A stretch of DNA of 64,000 nucleotides from a virus (taxonomy: Duplodnaviria; Caudoviricetes). The notes under the pieces were generated by a model. That model was given only the letters and a program-made list of their open reading frames with translations. It had not been told where the DNA came from and searched no databases. The DNA is taken from IMG/VR virus record IMGVR_UViG_3300035208_006730. One strand, 5' to 3'. Of the stretch, positions 19,258-29,164 are shown piece by piece (position 1 is the first letter of the stretch; each line of letters begins with the position of its first letter). The translations under genes and the position numbers were made by a program.

Positions 19258-20196
19258 TTACCTCTTTTTTGGTTTCTTTTGTCCTTTCAAAAACTTCTGC
19301 TCTATTATAGCATTATTCTTTGATTCTTTGCGCTGCTGAGCTAGTAGTGTCTTTTGAAAGTTTTTCTCGTTTTCAACTTTTCTTGTCTCTGCATCTTTGA
19401 TTCGATTATCAAATTGATCTTTGAAATCTTGTGGCGTAATCTTGCCTTTTTCCTTTTGAATGTCTAAGTATTTTCCAAAGATCTGTTGAGCTTCCTTTAT
19501 CATCTGCTGCCTCAGTCTGTCGTTCTCGCCTTCAGTTTCTTCTCTTGGCAATCCTTCTGATAACTTTCCAGTTTCTTCTTGTGTGACAACGAATTCATTA
19601 GATTGTTGTGGAGCATGTTGTCTCTCGTACTCTTCTTTAAGCTTTTCTGGTGCAATTTTCTGCTTAGCGGGAATATTTTTGCCGGGAATAACCAAATTAA
19701 TAGGCGATTTCATTATCCCAGCTTCTATCAATTTCTTTTCGGCCAAAGCCAATCTTCGCAGAAATACATCAATGCTCATTCCGTAAACATCTTCGGGCTT
19801 GTATGCGGGGAACGCCTGCAGAATAGTAATAACTAATTGTTCCCAAATTGAAGTGTCGACGAATGCGCGATGTGCTGCAAGAACTTCGTTAAAAATATTT
19901 ACATCACCAATAATAGAATGGTCTAAAATCGCAGAAGAAACCGTACTAACAGATCCAGCCCTACCATCATCGATATTCTTAACGAGATATTCATCTGTTA
20001 CACATTTGGTGTAAATTTTGTCTTCAGTATCTAATGTTGGTATCTCGCCAGTTATGAGAGAAAAGTCGTCTTGAGCTAGCTCGAGATATTCCCCTATAGT
20101 TAATTTACGCCAAGGGATAACCGTTTCATCAGGAAATACGGAGATATGGTCGGCCTTTTTATGTATACTCTTTAGTTTTTTTAATTCTTCGTTCAC
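19258..20196 (-). CDS. Putative tail assembly chaperone
   Basis: 312 aa between the tube genes and the tape-measure-position gene; WRKLTIGEY-type N-terminus. Confidence 0.5.
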   Translation of the reverse strand: MNEELKKLKSIHKKADHISVFPDETVIPWRKLTIGEYLELAQDDFSLITGEIPTLDTEDKIYTKCVTDEYLVKNIDDGRAGSVSTVSSAILDHSIIGDVNIFNEVLAAHRAFVDTSIWEQLVITILQAFPAYKPEDVYGMSIDVFLRRLALAEKKLIEAGIMKSPINLVIPGKNIPAKQKIAPEKLKEEYERQHAPQQSNEFVVTQEETGKLSEGLPREETEGENDRLRQQMIKEAQQIFGKYLDIQKEKGKITPQDFKDQFDNRIKDAETRKVENEKNFQKTLLAQQRKESKNNAIIEQKFLKGQKKPKKR

Positions 20197-20969
20197 ACAA
20201 TGTTCCTTGCAAAGAATGGGTACTCTTCCAAAATGGGTCTTCCATCAGGATTAAGTACCATTCTTGGCCCAAGTAAATGTACGTTTAAAATCTTTATGAT
20301 CGTATGATTCGCAAAGTTATTTGTAAAATCACCGAAAGAGATAAAAATATCGAATCCATTAATCCGATGATCATCTACTCGGCGAAGACCAAGACTTGCG
20401 TCTGTTCCTAATGCTGGATCTCTCCAGATTTCGTTTTCGAATTTCTCATACTTGTCTTCAGCTTTATCGTTTCCGCCTCTTAATCGTCCCTCTTGACCAA
20501 TGCTTGCAAAATTTCCAGTAGAATTGAATCTCTGCCCCTCAGCATAAGAAGCATAACTTTGGTCCAAAATTTGCTCAATATTTCTTTGGGTAAAAATGGA
20601 ACCATCCAAGGGAAGATTATTTCCGGCCAACGACTTGCGGTAGGGATCATTGCTTTCAGTACCAGAAGAAAAGAATGGATTAGCTTTACCTTCCATTTCT
20701 TTTAGATGATTAAGGATGAGGAAGAGATAGCCGGATTCCTTGAAGTTGAGAGTGAATGTCCCACGAACGAACAATGGACCTCGAGCTACTGCATCAAAAA
20801 GTTGAGACGCATAACCGAATATTGGAGTTTTCGCCTGTTGTGCTTCAAAATGAAAAGAGTTTATTTCATCAACCCAAACGTCGCCAAAGTAGACAGAAGC
20901 CTGTGATCCTGAAAAATATTCAGAGTCCATAATGTTGGGAGATTGTTGAGAATTTGTATATTTATCCAT
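20193..20969 (-). CDS. Tail tube-like protein (tube initiator paralog)
   Basis: YFSGSQASVYFGDVWVDEINSFHF..QAKTPIFGY..RGPLFVRGTFTLNF..FDIFISF parallels the tube protein. Confidence 0.7.
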   Translation of the reverse strand: MDKYTNSQQSPNIMDSEYFSGSQASVYFGDVWVDEINSFHFEAQQAKTPIFGYASQLFDAVARGPLFVRGTFTLNFKESGYLFLILNHLKEMEGKANPFFSSGTESNDPYRKSLAGNNLPLDGSIFTQRNIEQILDQSYASYAEGQRFNSTGNFASIGQEGRLRGGNDKAEDKYEKFENEIWRDPALGTDASLGLRRVDDHRINGFDIFISFGDFTNNFANHTIIKILNVHLLGPRMVLNPDGRPILEEYPFFARNIV

Positions 20970-21960
20970 AAGGATTCCTCTTTAGTCCAAGTCTATACTG
21001 ATAGTCAAGATACTGTCCATGATTCTTTGTTAGGAGAGTAGATCCGCTTTCTGGAAGCAGAACAGCTTCACTCATCTTTCCCCTACTCACTCTGTCCCAA
21101 TTTACGCTTCCTCTTCGTAGCATTGGATCGTAATCTTGAGCGATGAAGGAACAAGTATTTTCTGAAAAAATGTCCTGAATTGACATTACCTGACCATCAT
21201 CCACAAATTCAACTCCATAGATGCCCATCTCAGAAATTGAACCATACTCATTTGAAAATCTAATAGTAATCGTCATTGGAGGAAGTTGGTCGATCAAGGG
21301 AACAGTACCAATCTGTTCATGAATCCAGGTATTAGCTGGAAACGCAAGGAATGGAGCTAACGCATGTTCGTCAAAAGAAGTAAAAACTATTGTGCCTGCG
21401 ACCGTGCGCGGACCTTTTGAAGTTCCTTTAGAATGACAAAATCCTAGTGCACGAACTGCGTACTTTTCTCTAAAAACTTGCACAGAAAGAGATTGAGCTG
21501 TTGCCAGAGGAATAAGGGCAAACTTGCGACTAAGATCTTTTTTTCTTTCATCCCACTGAAGAGTTGCTGCTGTTATTTGGTCTCGAAGAACGGCATATCT
21601 ATTGGTGAGAGAGATTCTATTTTTATCTGTGGACGAAACGATCTGTTCTCCTAGGGAAGTCCATTCGGTATTCAGTTCATCAAGATTTCTTTGAGCTTCT
21701 TCTACGTAAAATTCAAGGGCTTTCGTATTTCTAACTGTAGCTAGAATTTCAATATCGGCCCCAGAATAAGAACTTCCTAAAAAGTTTACTGTTCCGTTTC
21801 CTGAAGATTCTGGATTATTGCTCCCTTTTCTTACAATGTTCGAAGCTGATGAACTTGAATACTCGTTTGTTGGGACACTTTTTGAGCCTCGCCCAGCAAA
21901 ATCAAGTAATTGTTGTTCTGCGTAGGTTGGCGCGGGATTTCTAGGAGTTGATGCACCCAT
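20962..21960 (-). CDS. Tail tube-like protein with coiled-coil insertion
   Basis: SYSGADI..REKYAVRALG..KGPRTVAGTIVFTSFDEHAL..DQLPPMTITIRFSNEYG..IYGVEF, clearly paralogous to 22019-22705. Confidence 0.75.
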   Translation of the reverse strand: MGASTPRNPAPTYAEQQLLDFAGRGSKSVPTNEYSSSSASNIVRKGSNNPESSGNGTVNFLGSSYSGADIEILATVRNTKALEFYVEEAQRNLDELNTEWTSLGEQIVSSTDKNRISLTNRYAVLRDQITAATLQWDERKKDLSRKFALIPLATAQSLSVQVFREKYAVRALGFCHSKGTSKGPRTVAGTIVFTSFDEHALAPFLAFPANTWIHEQIGTVPLIDQLPPMTITIRFSNEYGSISEMGIYGVEFVDDGQVMSIQDIFSENTCSFIAQDYDPMLRRGSVNWDRVSRGKMSEAVLLPESGSTLLTKNHGQYLDYQYRLGLKRNPYG

Positions 21961-21989
21961 TTCAACCTCGAGGAAAAAGTTCCTGACTA

Positions 21990-22018
21990 ATTATACTGAA
22001 TTTTAGTGAACTTAGGAA
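21990..22018 (-). promoter_or_regulatory. Candidate internal promoter TTCCTA-N17-TATAAT
   Basis: Perfect -10 in the gap after the tube gene; same layout as 2589-2617. Confidence 0.4.
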
Positions 22019-22705
22019 TTAGGTCGAAGGATTGATATTGAGCTCGCCGATACGGCTAGGTAAATTGGTCCATGGCATAACGGCTTTTGCGACGTAGGTC
22101 GACTGCTGAGCGCTTTGAATATCGTCAACAGAAGTGCCAAAGCCTTCATTAAGAATTTCGCATCCGTAGATTCTCATGACAGCTGAAGCGCCATATTCAT
22201 TCGCAGCGGCCAACGTAATGTCGAATGGAAGAATTTGGTCTGCATACCAAGGAAGAGCAGCTTGCTGATCCGAACCAACATCAGAAAGGGGAGATTCTTG
22301 TTCTTGGACAGTTGCCCCAATAGTACGGCCTGATGGAGCACTAAGAGTTTGGGTAGTGTCAGAGATTTGACCAAGGTTCTGACTGAAAGCAGGACGAAGG
22401 TCATCCATATCGGCCATAAATTTGGGTAACGTACCAGCAGTTGCAGGAGACGCCAAGAAGCCAAGAGCTCCAAGCATAGCATGGCGATCAAACATGATGA
22501 AAATTAATGTGCCAGCAATACCGCGTTTACCTCTAGAGAAAGACCGAGGATCAGCTGATCCCATCGTATAGATTGGGGCTTTTTCTCTAGTGATAGAGTA
22601 GGAAATTGCCTGAAGTTCTCCAATGATAACATTGTTGAAGACCGCTTTAATATCTACTCCAGAAAAACTGTTGTATGCCCCGGTGAAAATTGTACCTTGA
22701 GCCAT
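22019..22705 (-). CDS. Major tail tube protein
   Basis: 228 aa immediately after the sheath; SFSGVDI..LQAISYSITREKAPIYTMGS..RGKRGIAGTLIF; strong AGGAGG RBS. Confidence 0.8.
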   Translation of the reverse strand: MAQGTIFTGAYNSFSGVDIKAVFNNVIIGELQAISYSITREKAPIYTMGSADPRSFSRGKRGIAGTLIFIMFDRHAMLGALGFLASPATAGTLPKFMADMDDLRPAFSQNLGQISDTTQTLSAPSGRTIGATVQEQESPLSDVGSDQQAALPWYADQILPFDITLAAANEYGASAVMRIYGCEILNEGFGTSVDDIQSAQQSTYVAKAVMPWTNLPSRIGELNINPST

Positions 22706-22717
22706 TGCTTCCTCCTA

Positions 22718-24649
22718 TTAAACGGCCGCTAGGGCGACAATAACTGTTAATTGACGTAGCTCGAATTGAGGCACAAGGGTAAGTTCAAGCACCGCTTGTC
22801 CATTGACTTTTTGGGCCGGAGTTGCTGAAAGTTTTTTATTGTATCGGCTGAGATACTGTCCCTTAACTCTCAATGAAAGTGCCTCATCAAGTTTGGTTTC
22901 AAGAGCTTGCATTTTTACTTTTGAAAGAACTTCGCCGAGGAAAGGTTCCGCAACTGCTCGACAATCGTCCACAACGTCTTTGACGATACGAACAGTCGTG
23001 AGTCTGCGATAATCACTTGACGGACGCGCAGCCGTAGGAGCATCTGAAACCACTGTACCCTTTGGCTTGGTGTGGAAAGTAACATATCCGAGACCAGCCA
23101 AGAGATCAAGTTTAGGAGTTGACACCCTGTAAGGCAAACGGACGCTTGGAACCACTTTGTTCATCGGCGAACTATTCGAAGGCAACGAACTAACAAAACC
23201 GAGATAAGTCGGAGCGAGAGTTGCGACATAAGAGGTTGACTTAGAAATATTGCGCAACGAAGAGAAAGTTGGAACCACACTGATGTAAGCGCCGATATCG
23301 ATCAGTCTATCGTTGTCATCTTTGAGTTGAGTTCCATCAAGAAACCCAGAATCAGTCGCATAGAAACCGCCGAAAAGTAGACCATCAATACCGTCTACGG
23401 CCATTCCTGGACGACCCGAAGAAGCAACGTCCGACAAACGTCCGGCCATAAACTTGTTACCCATAAGCCCAGTACCATTTTCGGTAATGAGATTGGTGCC
23501 GTCTTCTTGCAATTCATAGGTAGGAAGAGTCCCGACCCAAATAGAAACATCTTTGGGCGAATAACTTGATGGAGGACGAACGCCGATTGAACCAATGCAA
23601 TCAATGACATTACTTGAATGATTGTAGCAGAAGTTGGCGAGTTCATACGCAAAGTTAACTTCGTGAAAGTCACTACCGGTTAACAGTCCGGAAGCAGTGG
23701 TGTGAGTTCCATCAGCTGAACCGTCTGAAGGAAAGATTTGAGCGCCATTGTCTGAAGTGAATGTAGCATCCACATCGGCGTTAGGGCTCGACGGGAACCA
23801 CCACCAAAACTTGTATTCGCCTTCATACTCTTCAACATACACTTTGGCAAGAGCATCGTCTGTAGCGCCTTCAGTCGGATAGGCCTCTGAGGGATCGAGT
23901 GCGACGTGAGGAATGTAGGCGTCAAAGATAGAAGCCATTTCAGCAGCAGTATGATCCATGACATTTGCGTCATCAAGATAAACGTTCATTGGCAAAACGT
24001 AATCTATTCTTTGATCTTCAAGAGTCTGATAGGCAATGTAAAGCTCTTCCCAAAGTTTCATTCTTGAAAGGTTCACGCCATCAGTCCCATTAACGATCAC
24101 AACAGCAGCGTCATCAAGATCGGCATCTTCCATCACTCTTGGACTCGCAAAAGTGCCAATGGAATCGCCAGCACCAATTACGGCTTCACCTGAAACCATA
24201 AAGTGGCCAAGATCGACAGCGTCAGAAGTCGAAACGGGATTGTTGTCATAAACCAAAGAATTGTCTGAAATTCTCCAAATGCGAAGACGAGTTGTAGTGT
24301 CGTCATACACCATGGAGTAAGAAGAGCCAATCGAATCGTCTTTCAGAATAGACTCGACCGTAATTGCGCCACCAATATTAGAGACGCTGAAAGATGTAGC
24401 TCCAATACGATAGAGACGCGAATTCTTAGCGCCCATCAGAGTCGCTTCAACGAGTCCGCGAATTAGGGTGCCTGTTTTCCCATATGCGGCCACTGCGTCT
24501 TTCACCGAGCGTACTTGATAGAACGTTTCTGAAGCACCCTTGCTTGCTGTGCCGATGACTAGAAATGCAGGGTCATTATTAACGATGACCTCTGACAAGC
24601 CTCCATCATTACGTTCCTCAAATATACCAGGCAGATTTACATATGCCAT
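22718..24649 (-). CDS. Contractile tail sheath protein
   Basis: 643 aa; N-terminal LPGIFEER..LVIGTASKG; C-terminal YRRLTTVRIV..FLGE..LVPQFELRQLTVIV, typical sheath termini. Confidence 0.9.
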   Translation of the reverse strand: MAYVNLPGIFEERNDGGLSEVIVNNDPAFLVIGTASKGASETFYQVRSVKDAVAAYGKTGTLIRGLVEATLMGAKNSRLYRIGATSFSVSNIGGAITVESILKDDSIGSSYSMVYDDTTTRLRIWRISDNSLVYDNNPVSTSDAVDLGHFMVSGEAVIGAGDSIGTFASPRVMEDADLDDAAVVIVNGTDGVNLSRMKLWEELYIAYQTLEDQRIDYVLPMNVYLDDANVMDHTAAEMASIFDAYIPHVALDPSEAYPTEGATDDALAKVYVEEYEGEYKFWWWFPSSPNADVDATFTSDNGAQIFPSDGSADGTHTTASGLLTGSDFHEVNFAYELANFCYNHSSNVIDCIGSIGVRPPSSYSPKDVSIWVGTLPTYELQEDGTNLITENGTGLMGNKFMAGRLSDVASSGRPGMAVDGIDGLLFGGFYATDSGFLDGTQLKDDNDRLIDIGAYISVVPTFSSLRNISKSTSYVATLAPTYLGFVSSLPSNSSPMNKVVPSVRLPYRVSTPKLDLLAGLGYVTFHTKPKGTVVSDAPTAARPSSDYRRLTTVRIVKDVVDDCRAVAEPFLGEVLSKVKMQALETKLDEALSLRVKGQYLSRYNKKLSATPAQKVNGQAVLELTLVPQFELRQLTVIVALAAV

Positions 24650-24661
24650 TAGATTCTCCTC

Positions 24662-25390
24662 CTATGCTTTTTGGATACCAAGTTGGATGACTAGTTCAGT
24701 CATCGTTTTCGTACTAACCGTTTGAAGCTTTTCCGTTCTCACAAAATAGTCAACTGGCCGACCATAAATTTTATTATCGTTTACGGTCAACACAATCTCG
24801 CCCTTGCTACCCCAATAGATTACGCGATTTATCCCCTGAGACGTGAACCACCATGCGTAATTGTCCATCACATTTTCGAGCCACAACATCCTGTCGAAAG
24901 CTTGCCAACTTACTTTCGCCCAACAGATGAGACGGACTATGTGGTCAAAATGTTTTCCAAGGATAGCTAGTCGATATCCAGGAGCATTAGGATCTTCGAT
25001 TTCTTCACGGAGGATAGGGCGTAGATTTCTAACCTCCTGTTTCATCGGTGATCCTTGATCGAATCCGCCTGGATCTCTTTCGACTACTGCGAACGTAATA
25101 CGCTCCAATTCAGTCGTTGAATTCGGAGCTTCATAACTAAAATTAACTAATTGTCGAGCCTTTTCTCTAGTTTGAGCATTCTCTATTGCCTGTTTAACAA
25201 GTAAAGAAAACTCTCGAATATCTTTTGCGGCTGTAGGCGTTTGCATTCTGCGATCATCTTGATTCGCATCCAGTCTACTTGTCGCCACATTGGAATTGGC
25301 AATATTAGTAATAAGTGAAGAATACAGTTTTTCAACAGTAATTCTCGCATTTGTTTCGAGAAGGTCTGCTGAAAAAGGAGCTTCTTGCAC
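24662..25390 (-). CDS. Putative tail terminator / neck protein
   Basis: 242 aa directly upstream of the sheath; assigned by position. Confidence 0.5.
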   Translation of the reverse strand: MQEAPFSADLLETNARITVEKLYSSLITNIANSNVATSRLDANQDDRRMQTPTAAKDIREFSLLVKQAIENAQTREKARQLVNFSYEAPNSTTELERITFAVVERDPGGFDQGSPMKQEVRNLRPILREEIEDPNAPGYRLAILGKHFDHIVRLICWAKVSWQAFDRMLWLENVMDNYAWWFTSQGINRVIYWGSKGEIVLTVNDNKIYGRPVDYFVRTEKLQTVSTKTMTELVIQLGIQKA

Positions 25391-25391
25391 T

Positions 25392-25991
25392 TTATCCCCT
25401 CGACGTTAAAGGTAACATCTTATCCTGATAAGCAAGCACTTTCCAATACTCGAGTCGTCCGTCATCCAGTCGCAGGTCATTCAGTGTCCCAAATCTGTAG
25501 ATTGACCTACGTTGATACGGAAGTATTGGTAATCCTTCCTTATCTAAAACCAATTCTATCAGCTTATCATCAAGTGTCAAATCTTCTGAATAGGCAATAT
25601 AAAAGATTTTTATAGGAATATTAAGGGTTCCTGGCTTCGTAAGTGATTCGTTGAGACTTTTTGCACTATCGTATCCTGGCTCCCAACGGTAAAAGTCAAT
25701 GAGAGTTTCATCCCATAGATTACCTTCACCACTACAATAAGGACAGGGCGTTGTCTTATCAGGTTCTCCTGAGGCTGAATCGTTACAACTGCATTTAATT
25801 AACTTTCCTAAGGAATCTCTTCTCATCGTCCGAATAACGCCATTTTGACGTTTCTTTTCTTCAGAGAAAAGGCCTTGCAAAGTATTGATTAATTCATTCC
25901 TAATGCTAATTTCACTAGAAACTGACGAATAGATATCTAATGGATTATTTTTAGACGATTTTGAGTAAAGATTGTCAAGATAGGTCTTCAT
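25392..25991 (-). CDS. Putative head-closure (neck) protein with zinc-finger motif
   Basis: 199 aa; CSC..PCPYCSGEG; position between adaptor and terminator. Confidence 0.55.
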   Translation of the reverse strand: MKTYLDNLYSKSSKNNPLDIYSSVSSEISIRNELINTLQGLFSEEKKRQNGVIRTMRRDSLGKLIKCSCNDSASGEPDKTTPCPYCSGEGNLWDETLIDFYRWEPGYDSAKSLNESLTKPGTLNIPIKIFYIAYSEDLTLDDKLIELVLDKEGLPILPYQRRSIYRFGTLNDLRLDDGRLEYWKVLAYQDKMLPLTSRG

Positions 25992-26978
25992 TTACCACCT
26001 ACTTTTAAATCCAGTTAACCAACGTCGATGACCAGCTTCTTTTCTTTTAGAATTGGCCACTGGAATACGGCGCGAAGTATTAGATTCTTCATCTAAAGCT
26101 TTCCATAATCGAGCAATGATTGGACGGTCTGGATCATGTTCTCCTTTGATAACATTTCTGGGAGTTTGTGTTTTTTGACCACCGGTATTAACCTGAATCT
26201 CCCATTTTTGAAGACATGCTGCTACACGATCCAAAAGAGCATCAACGGCTCTATCATTGTAAGTTACAGAAAAGTCGCCTAAAGACTTAGATTTTGTAGT
26301 TTGAAGTCCAGGCCCATTCAATGCAAGATTTGCGGCGGCGCGACATGTCGCCCATTCTCTGCGCGCATGCTCGTAAAATGCCGAATTAAGATGTCTCGCA
26401 AAAGTAATCGCATCTGCCTCGAGACTTGCTTCGAGGATAGAAAGATAGATTGCGTTACTTGGAACTCCCCTAATTGCACTTCCTACCTCAATTCTAACCT
26501 TCATTTCATCTGTGTAAATTGGCGAGATTTCAGTTAAAAATGAAAACTGATACTCATCTTCAAGGCTTGTCCCGTCTGTAGCTAGAATTCCAGAATTAAC
26601 AATAACATCAACCCAATTATTGAGATTAATTTGTCCTGGTAAACTTTCCCATATTCCGCTTGCAGAAACTTCAAAAGAAAAAATTCCAGAAAGAGTCTGA
26701 CCATTCAGTTTGCCAACCCAAACATCAATCCAATCTCCATCTGGACCGTCTTCTGGAGGGGTAAAATCGGCTTCAAAAATTCCTTCTTCCCAATAAGTTG
26801 GAACTAGGGTATCAACGGCATTGGATGAGTCTGCAAGGAATGCATCAAGATCTTCTCCAGTCAAAGAGGTTGGTTCAAATATGTAAGTGAGAACTCCACT
26901 CGCTTGAGCTGGATCATTGAGGTCATCAAGCATCTTTGCTCGAAGAACTATTTCGTTCCCTGCACGGACACCTCTCAT
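25992..26978 (-). CDS. Putative head-tail adaptor with N-terminal Ig-like domain
   Basis: Start reassigned to ATG 26978 (GGAGGT RBS); KSKSLGDFSVTY adaptor-type motif. Confidence 0.55.
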   Translation of the reverse strand: MRGVRAGNEIVLRAKMLDDLNDPAQASGVLTYIFEPTSLTGEDLDAFLADSSNAVDTLVPTYWEEGIFEADFTPPEDGPDGDWIDVWVGKLNGQTLSGIFSFEVSASGIWESLPGQINLNNWVDVIVNSGILATDGTSLEDEYQFSFLTEISPIYTDEMKVRIEVGSAIRGVPSNAIYLSILEASLEADAITFARHLNSAFYEHARREWATCRAAANLALNGPGLQTTKSKSLGDFSVTYNDRAVDALLDRVAACLQKWEIQVNTGGQKTQTPRNVIKGEHDPDRPIIARLWKALDEESNTSRRIPVANSKRKEAGHRRWLTGFKSRW

Positions 26979-26991
26979 TTTAGACCTCCAG

Positions 26992-27159
26992 TTATGCTGC
27001 CCACTTAATTGCACCATATCTTGCACCGAGATCAAGTATCTGAAAGTTGCCATTTATCCAGTTTACAGTTTGAGTTGTTCCGGTAGGCACCATTGTTGCG
27101 GGAATTGTATGGCTAATTTGTTTTGAAAATATTAATGATTGAGCGAATTTACGAGTCAT
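26992..27159 (-). CDS. 55-aa peptide resembling a fragment of a phage fibre domain
   Basis: Not in the ORF track; AGGA RBS; MTRKFAQSLIF..TQTVNWINGNFQILDLGARYGAIKWAA; fills the gap between neighbours. Confidence 0.5.
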   Translation of the reverse strand: MTRKFAQSLIFSKQISHTIPATMVPTGTTQTVNWINGNFQILDLGARYGAIKWAA

Positions 27160-27168
27160 TGTATTTTC

Positions 27169-28743
27169 CTAGGTAAGTCTCTTGAGTTCTGAACCAGCAG
27201 ATCCCTCAACCGTACTTCCTGCGTTAGCGAAATCACCGGCCCAAGTATAGTCAACAGCATCAACGTTACAATTTGTTGTTCCGCCCATACCTGAGGGGGC
27301 ATTAAGGGCCAAAAAGCCACCGCTAGAAATTCGAGCACCAAAGGTATTTCCAGAACAATTTAGAAATGTTCCAGAACCGCCTACTTGACAGAAAGCTCCA
27401 ACATTAGAAATAACGGCGTAAGCATCTGTGCATTTAAAGTGATTAAACATATGGATTTGAGCTAGACCGCCCTCGAAACATCCTAACTGAAGAGCAACTC
27501 CAGTCCCAGATGTAACTGCTCTAAAGTTGTAACTTCCGAGTTTCAGATAAGAACCAGCGATAGAAATTCCATACTTAGAGTTGTTTCCGGTCGTATCATA
27601 AATTGTCAATTTACTAATATCAGCTATTCCGCCGCCGATTAATTTAATTGCAGCTGAAGCTCCACCTCCCGAATTTGCTTTGATAAAACAACCTCGAGAG
27701 TATAGATAACAACTATCGTCTGTATGGATTACATTGGCGCCTGCGCCCTCGCTTGAAGGAACAAAGCAACATTCATAAAGCTTAATTGGATTCGAAACAA
27801 CTTGACCATAGGACATGAAAAAGTTTGTATCTGCAGCAAGATATCCAATGCAGTTTTTAAACTCTAGAGCTCCATTGCCGGTTCCAGTATTCGATTCAGC
27901 AAATCCAAGACCATCTTTACCGAACTGGATGTTTCTGAATTCAATGTCGGCATTTAATCCAGCTTTGCCTCGAGCAACTTCAATCCCATACCATTGATAT
28001 TCTCCTGAGGCGAAGGCGGCAATGCCAATTGCTTTTGGTTCAACAATTGTGAATCTCATAGCAAGACCAGAAGCAGAGAAATATTCAGCTGGAACCTCCA
28101 GTGTTGTTGAAGTATTAGAACAAATTGGAATCTTGTAACCAGTGTAGAATCCACTAGTCACGTCCATTAATTTACCTTGAAATTCGTTTGTTACCCAGTC
28201 GCTTCCAGTACTTCTAACGAAATAGTCGAGCCCAGAAGTAGTTCCAGCTTGTTCAGGCTCTAGTTCCGTATTGTTGCGCCCGACAAAATAGATTCGCCCA
28301 TTCTGAAGAAACGCATCGTTCATATTTCCAGAAGGAACCGTATTGGCCACTATGGAACTATCTACTGTATAAAAGCTCTTATTGATTGCAAGCCATGCTG
28401 TCTCGAGATATGTTCCATCATTCCCGACGTTGCCTTCAACTCCAGGATGTTCTCCATCTTCTAGGTTGACAATGACGTACGGCCCAATTCCGTTTGGCAG
28501 AATATCTAAAGCATATTGAGCCCTTTTTAATGGGCCACCCAAAGCATCGTATTCTGTTTGATTTGTAACTAGGGTCCCACTTGGAGGAATTATTCCCGTT
28601 GCATCGTCTACTGACATTACAATATTTGTAGTAGTTCTTAATACGGAGAACTCTCTAACTGCTGCTTCGTCCACACCTGAAGGATCAACTCCTAAAATAG
28701 CGTGGTCGGTGATATGGTCAACTAGTCTTTTGCCTATAGACAT
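27169..28743 (-). CDS. Putative fibre/spike protein with beta-helix-like C-terminus
   Basis: Start reassigned to MSIGKR (AAGGAG RBS); GPLKRAQYALDILP..IVNLEDGEH motif followed by Gly/Asn/Cys-rich short beta repeats. Confidence 0.55.
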   Translation of the reverse strand: MSIGKRLVDHITDHAILGVDPSGVDEAAVREFSVLRTTTNIVMSVDDATGIIPPSGTLVTNQTEYDALGGPLKRAQYALDILPNGIGPYVIVNLEDGEHPGVEGNVGNDGTYLETAWLAINKSFYTVDSSIVANTVPSGNMNDAFLQNGRIYFVGRNNTELEPEQAGTTSGLDYFVRSTGSDWVTNEFQGKLMDVTSGFYTGYKIPICSNTSTTLEVPAEYFSASGLAMRFTIVEPKAIGIAAFASGEYQWYGIEVARGKAGLNADIEFRNIQFGKDGLGFAESNTGTGNGALEFKNCIGYLAADTNFFMSYGQVVSNPIKLYECCFVPSSEGAGANVIHTDDSCYLYSRGCFIKANSGGGASAAIKLIGGGIADISKLTIYDTTGNNSKYGISIAGSYLKLGSYNFRAVTSGTGVALQLGCFEGGLAQIHMFNHFKCTDAYAVISNVGAFCQVGGSGTFLNCSGNTFGARISSGGFLALNAPSGMGGTTNCNVDAVDYTWAGDFANAGSTVEGSAGSELKRLT

Positions 28744-28753
28744 TGATATCTCC

Positions 28754-29155
28754 TTAAACAGTCGTTCCAATGATAGGAAGATCTGCCATATTCACCGTGA
28801 TAGAGCCCAAGGTTGCATTAATTAGCCAAGTTGCAGTTAGATAACTCCCGGAGTTTTCAGTAAAACTTGTAAAATCTCCAATCATTTGGATTTCTGCAAC
28901 GACCCTAGAAGCTCCAGTATCTAAGCTAAAAATTTTCGGACTAACTTCCCTAGAGTTCTGAAGTAAACGACCAGTTACGGTAGATTCTCCTCCGATAATG
29001 GGAGTCATAGCAGGAAGAGCCGAAAATTCGTAGGTAACCTCATCTATTCGAAGAACGTCACCAGCGGCATTTTTGTAGATTCTATTTAGAGAGCCAACAC
29101 CAACCTTATCTGGACGATAGGTGCAAGGAATAAAGAAGCGATACATGTCGACCAT
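28754..29155 (-). CDS. Hypothetical virion protein
   Basis: 133 aa; AGGAG RBS; within the structural cluster. Confidence 0.5.
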   Translation of the reverse strand: MVDMYRFFIPCTYRPDKVGVGSLNRIYKNAAGDVLRIDEVTYEFSALPAMTPIIGGESTVTGRLLQNSREVSPKIFSLDTGASRVVAEIQMIGDFTSFTENSGSYLTATWLINATLGSITVNMADLPIIGTTV

Positions 29156-29164
29156 TTTGAACTC

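Noticed and set aside
19250-20196. Programmed frameshift in the tail chaperone
   Set aside because: No overlapping second frame is needed; the ORF ends 7 nt before the next gene and I saw no convincing slippery site
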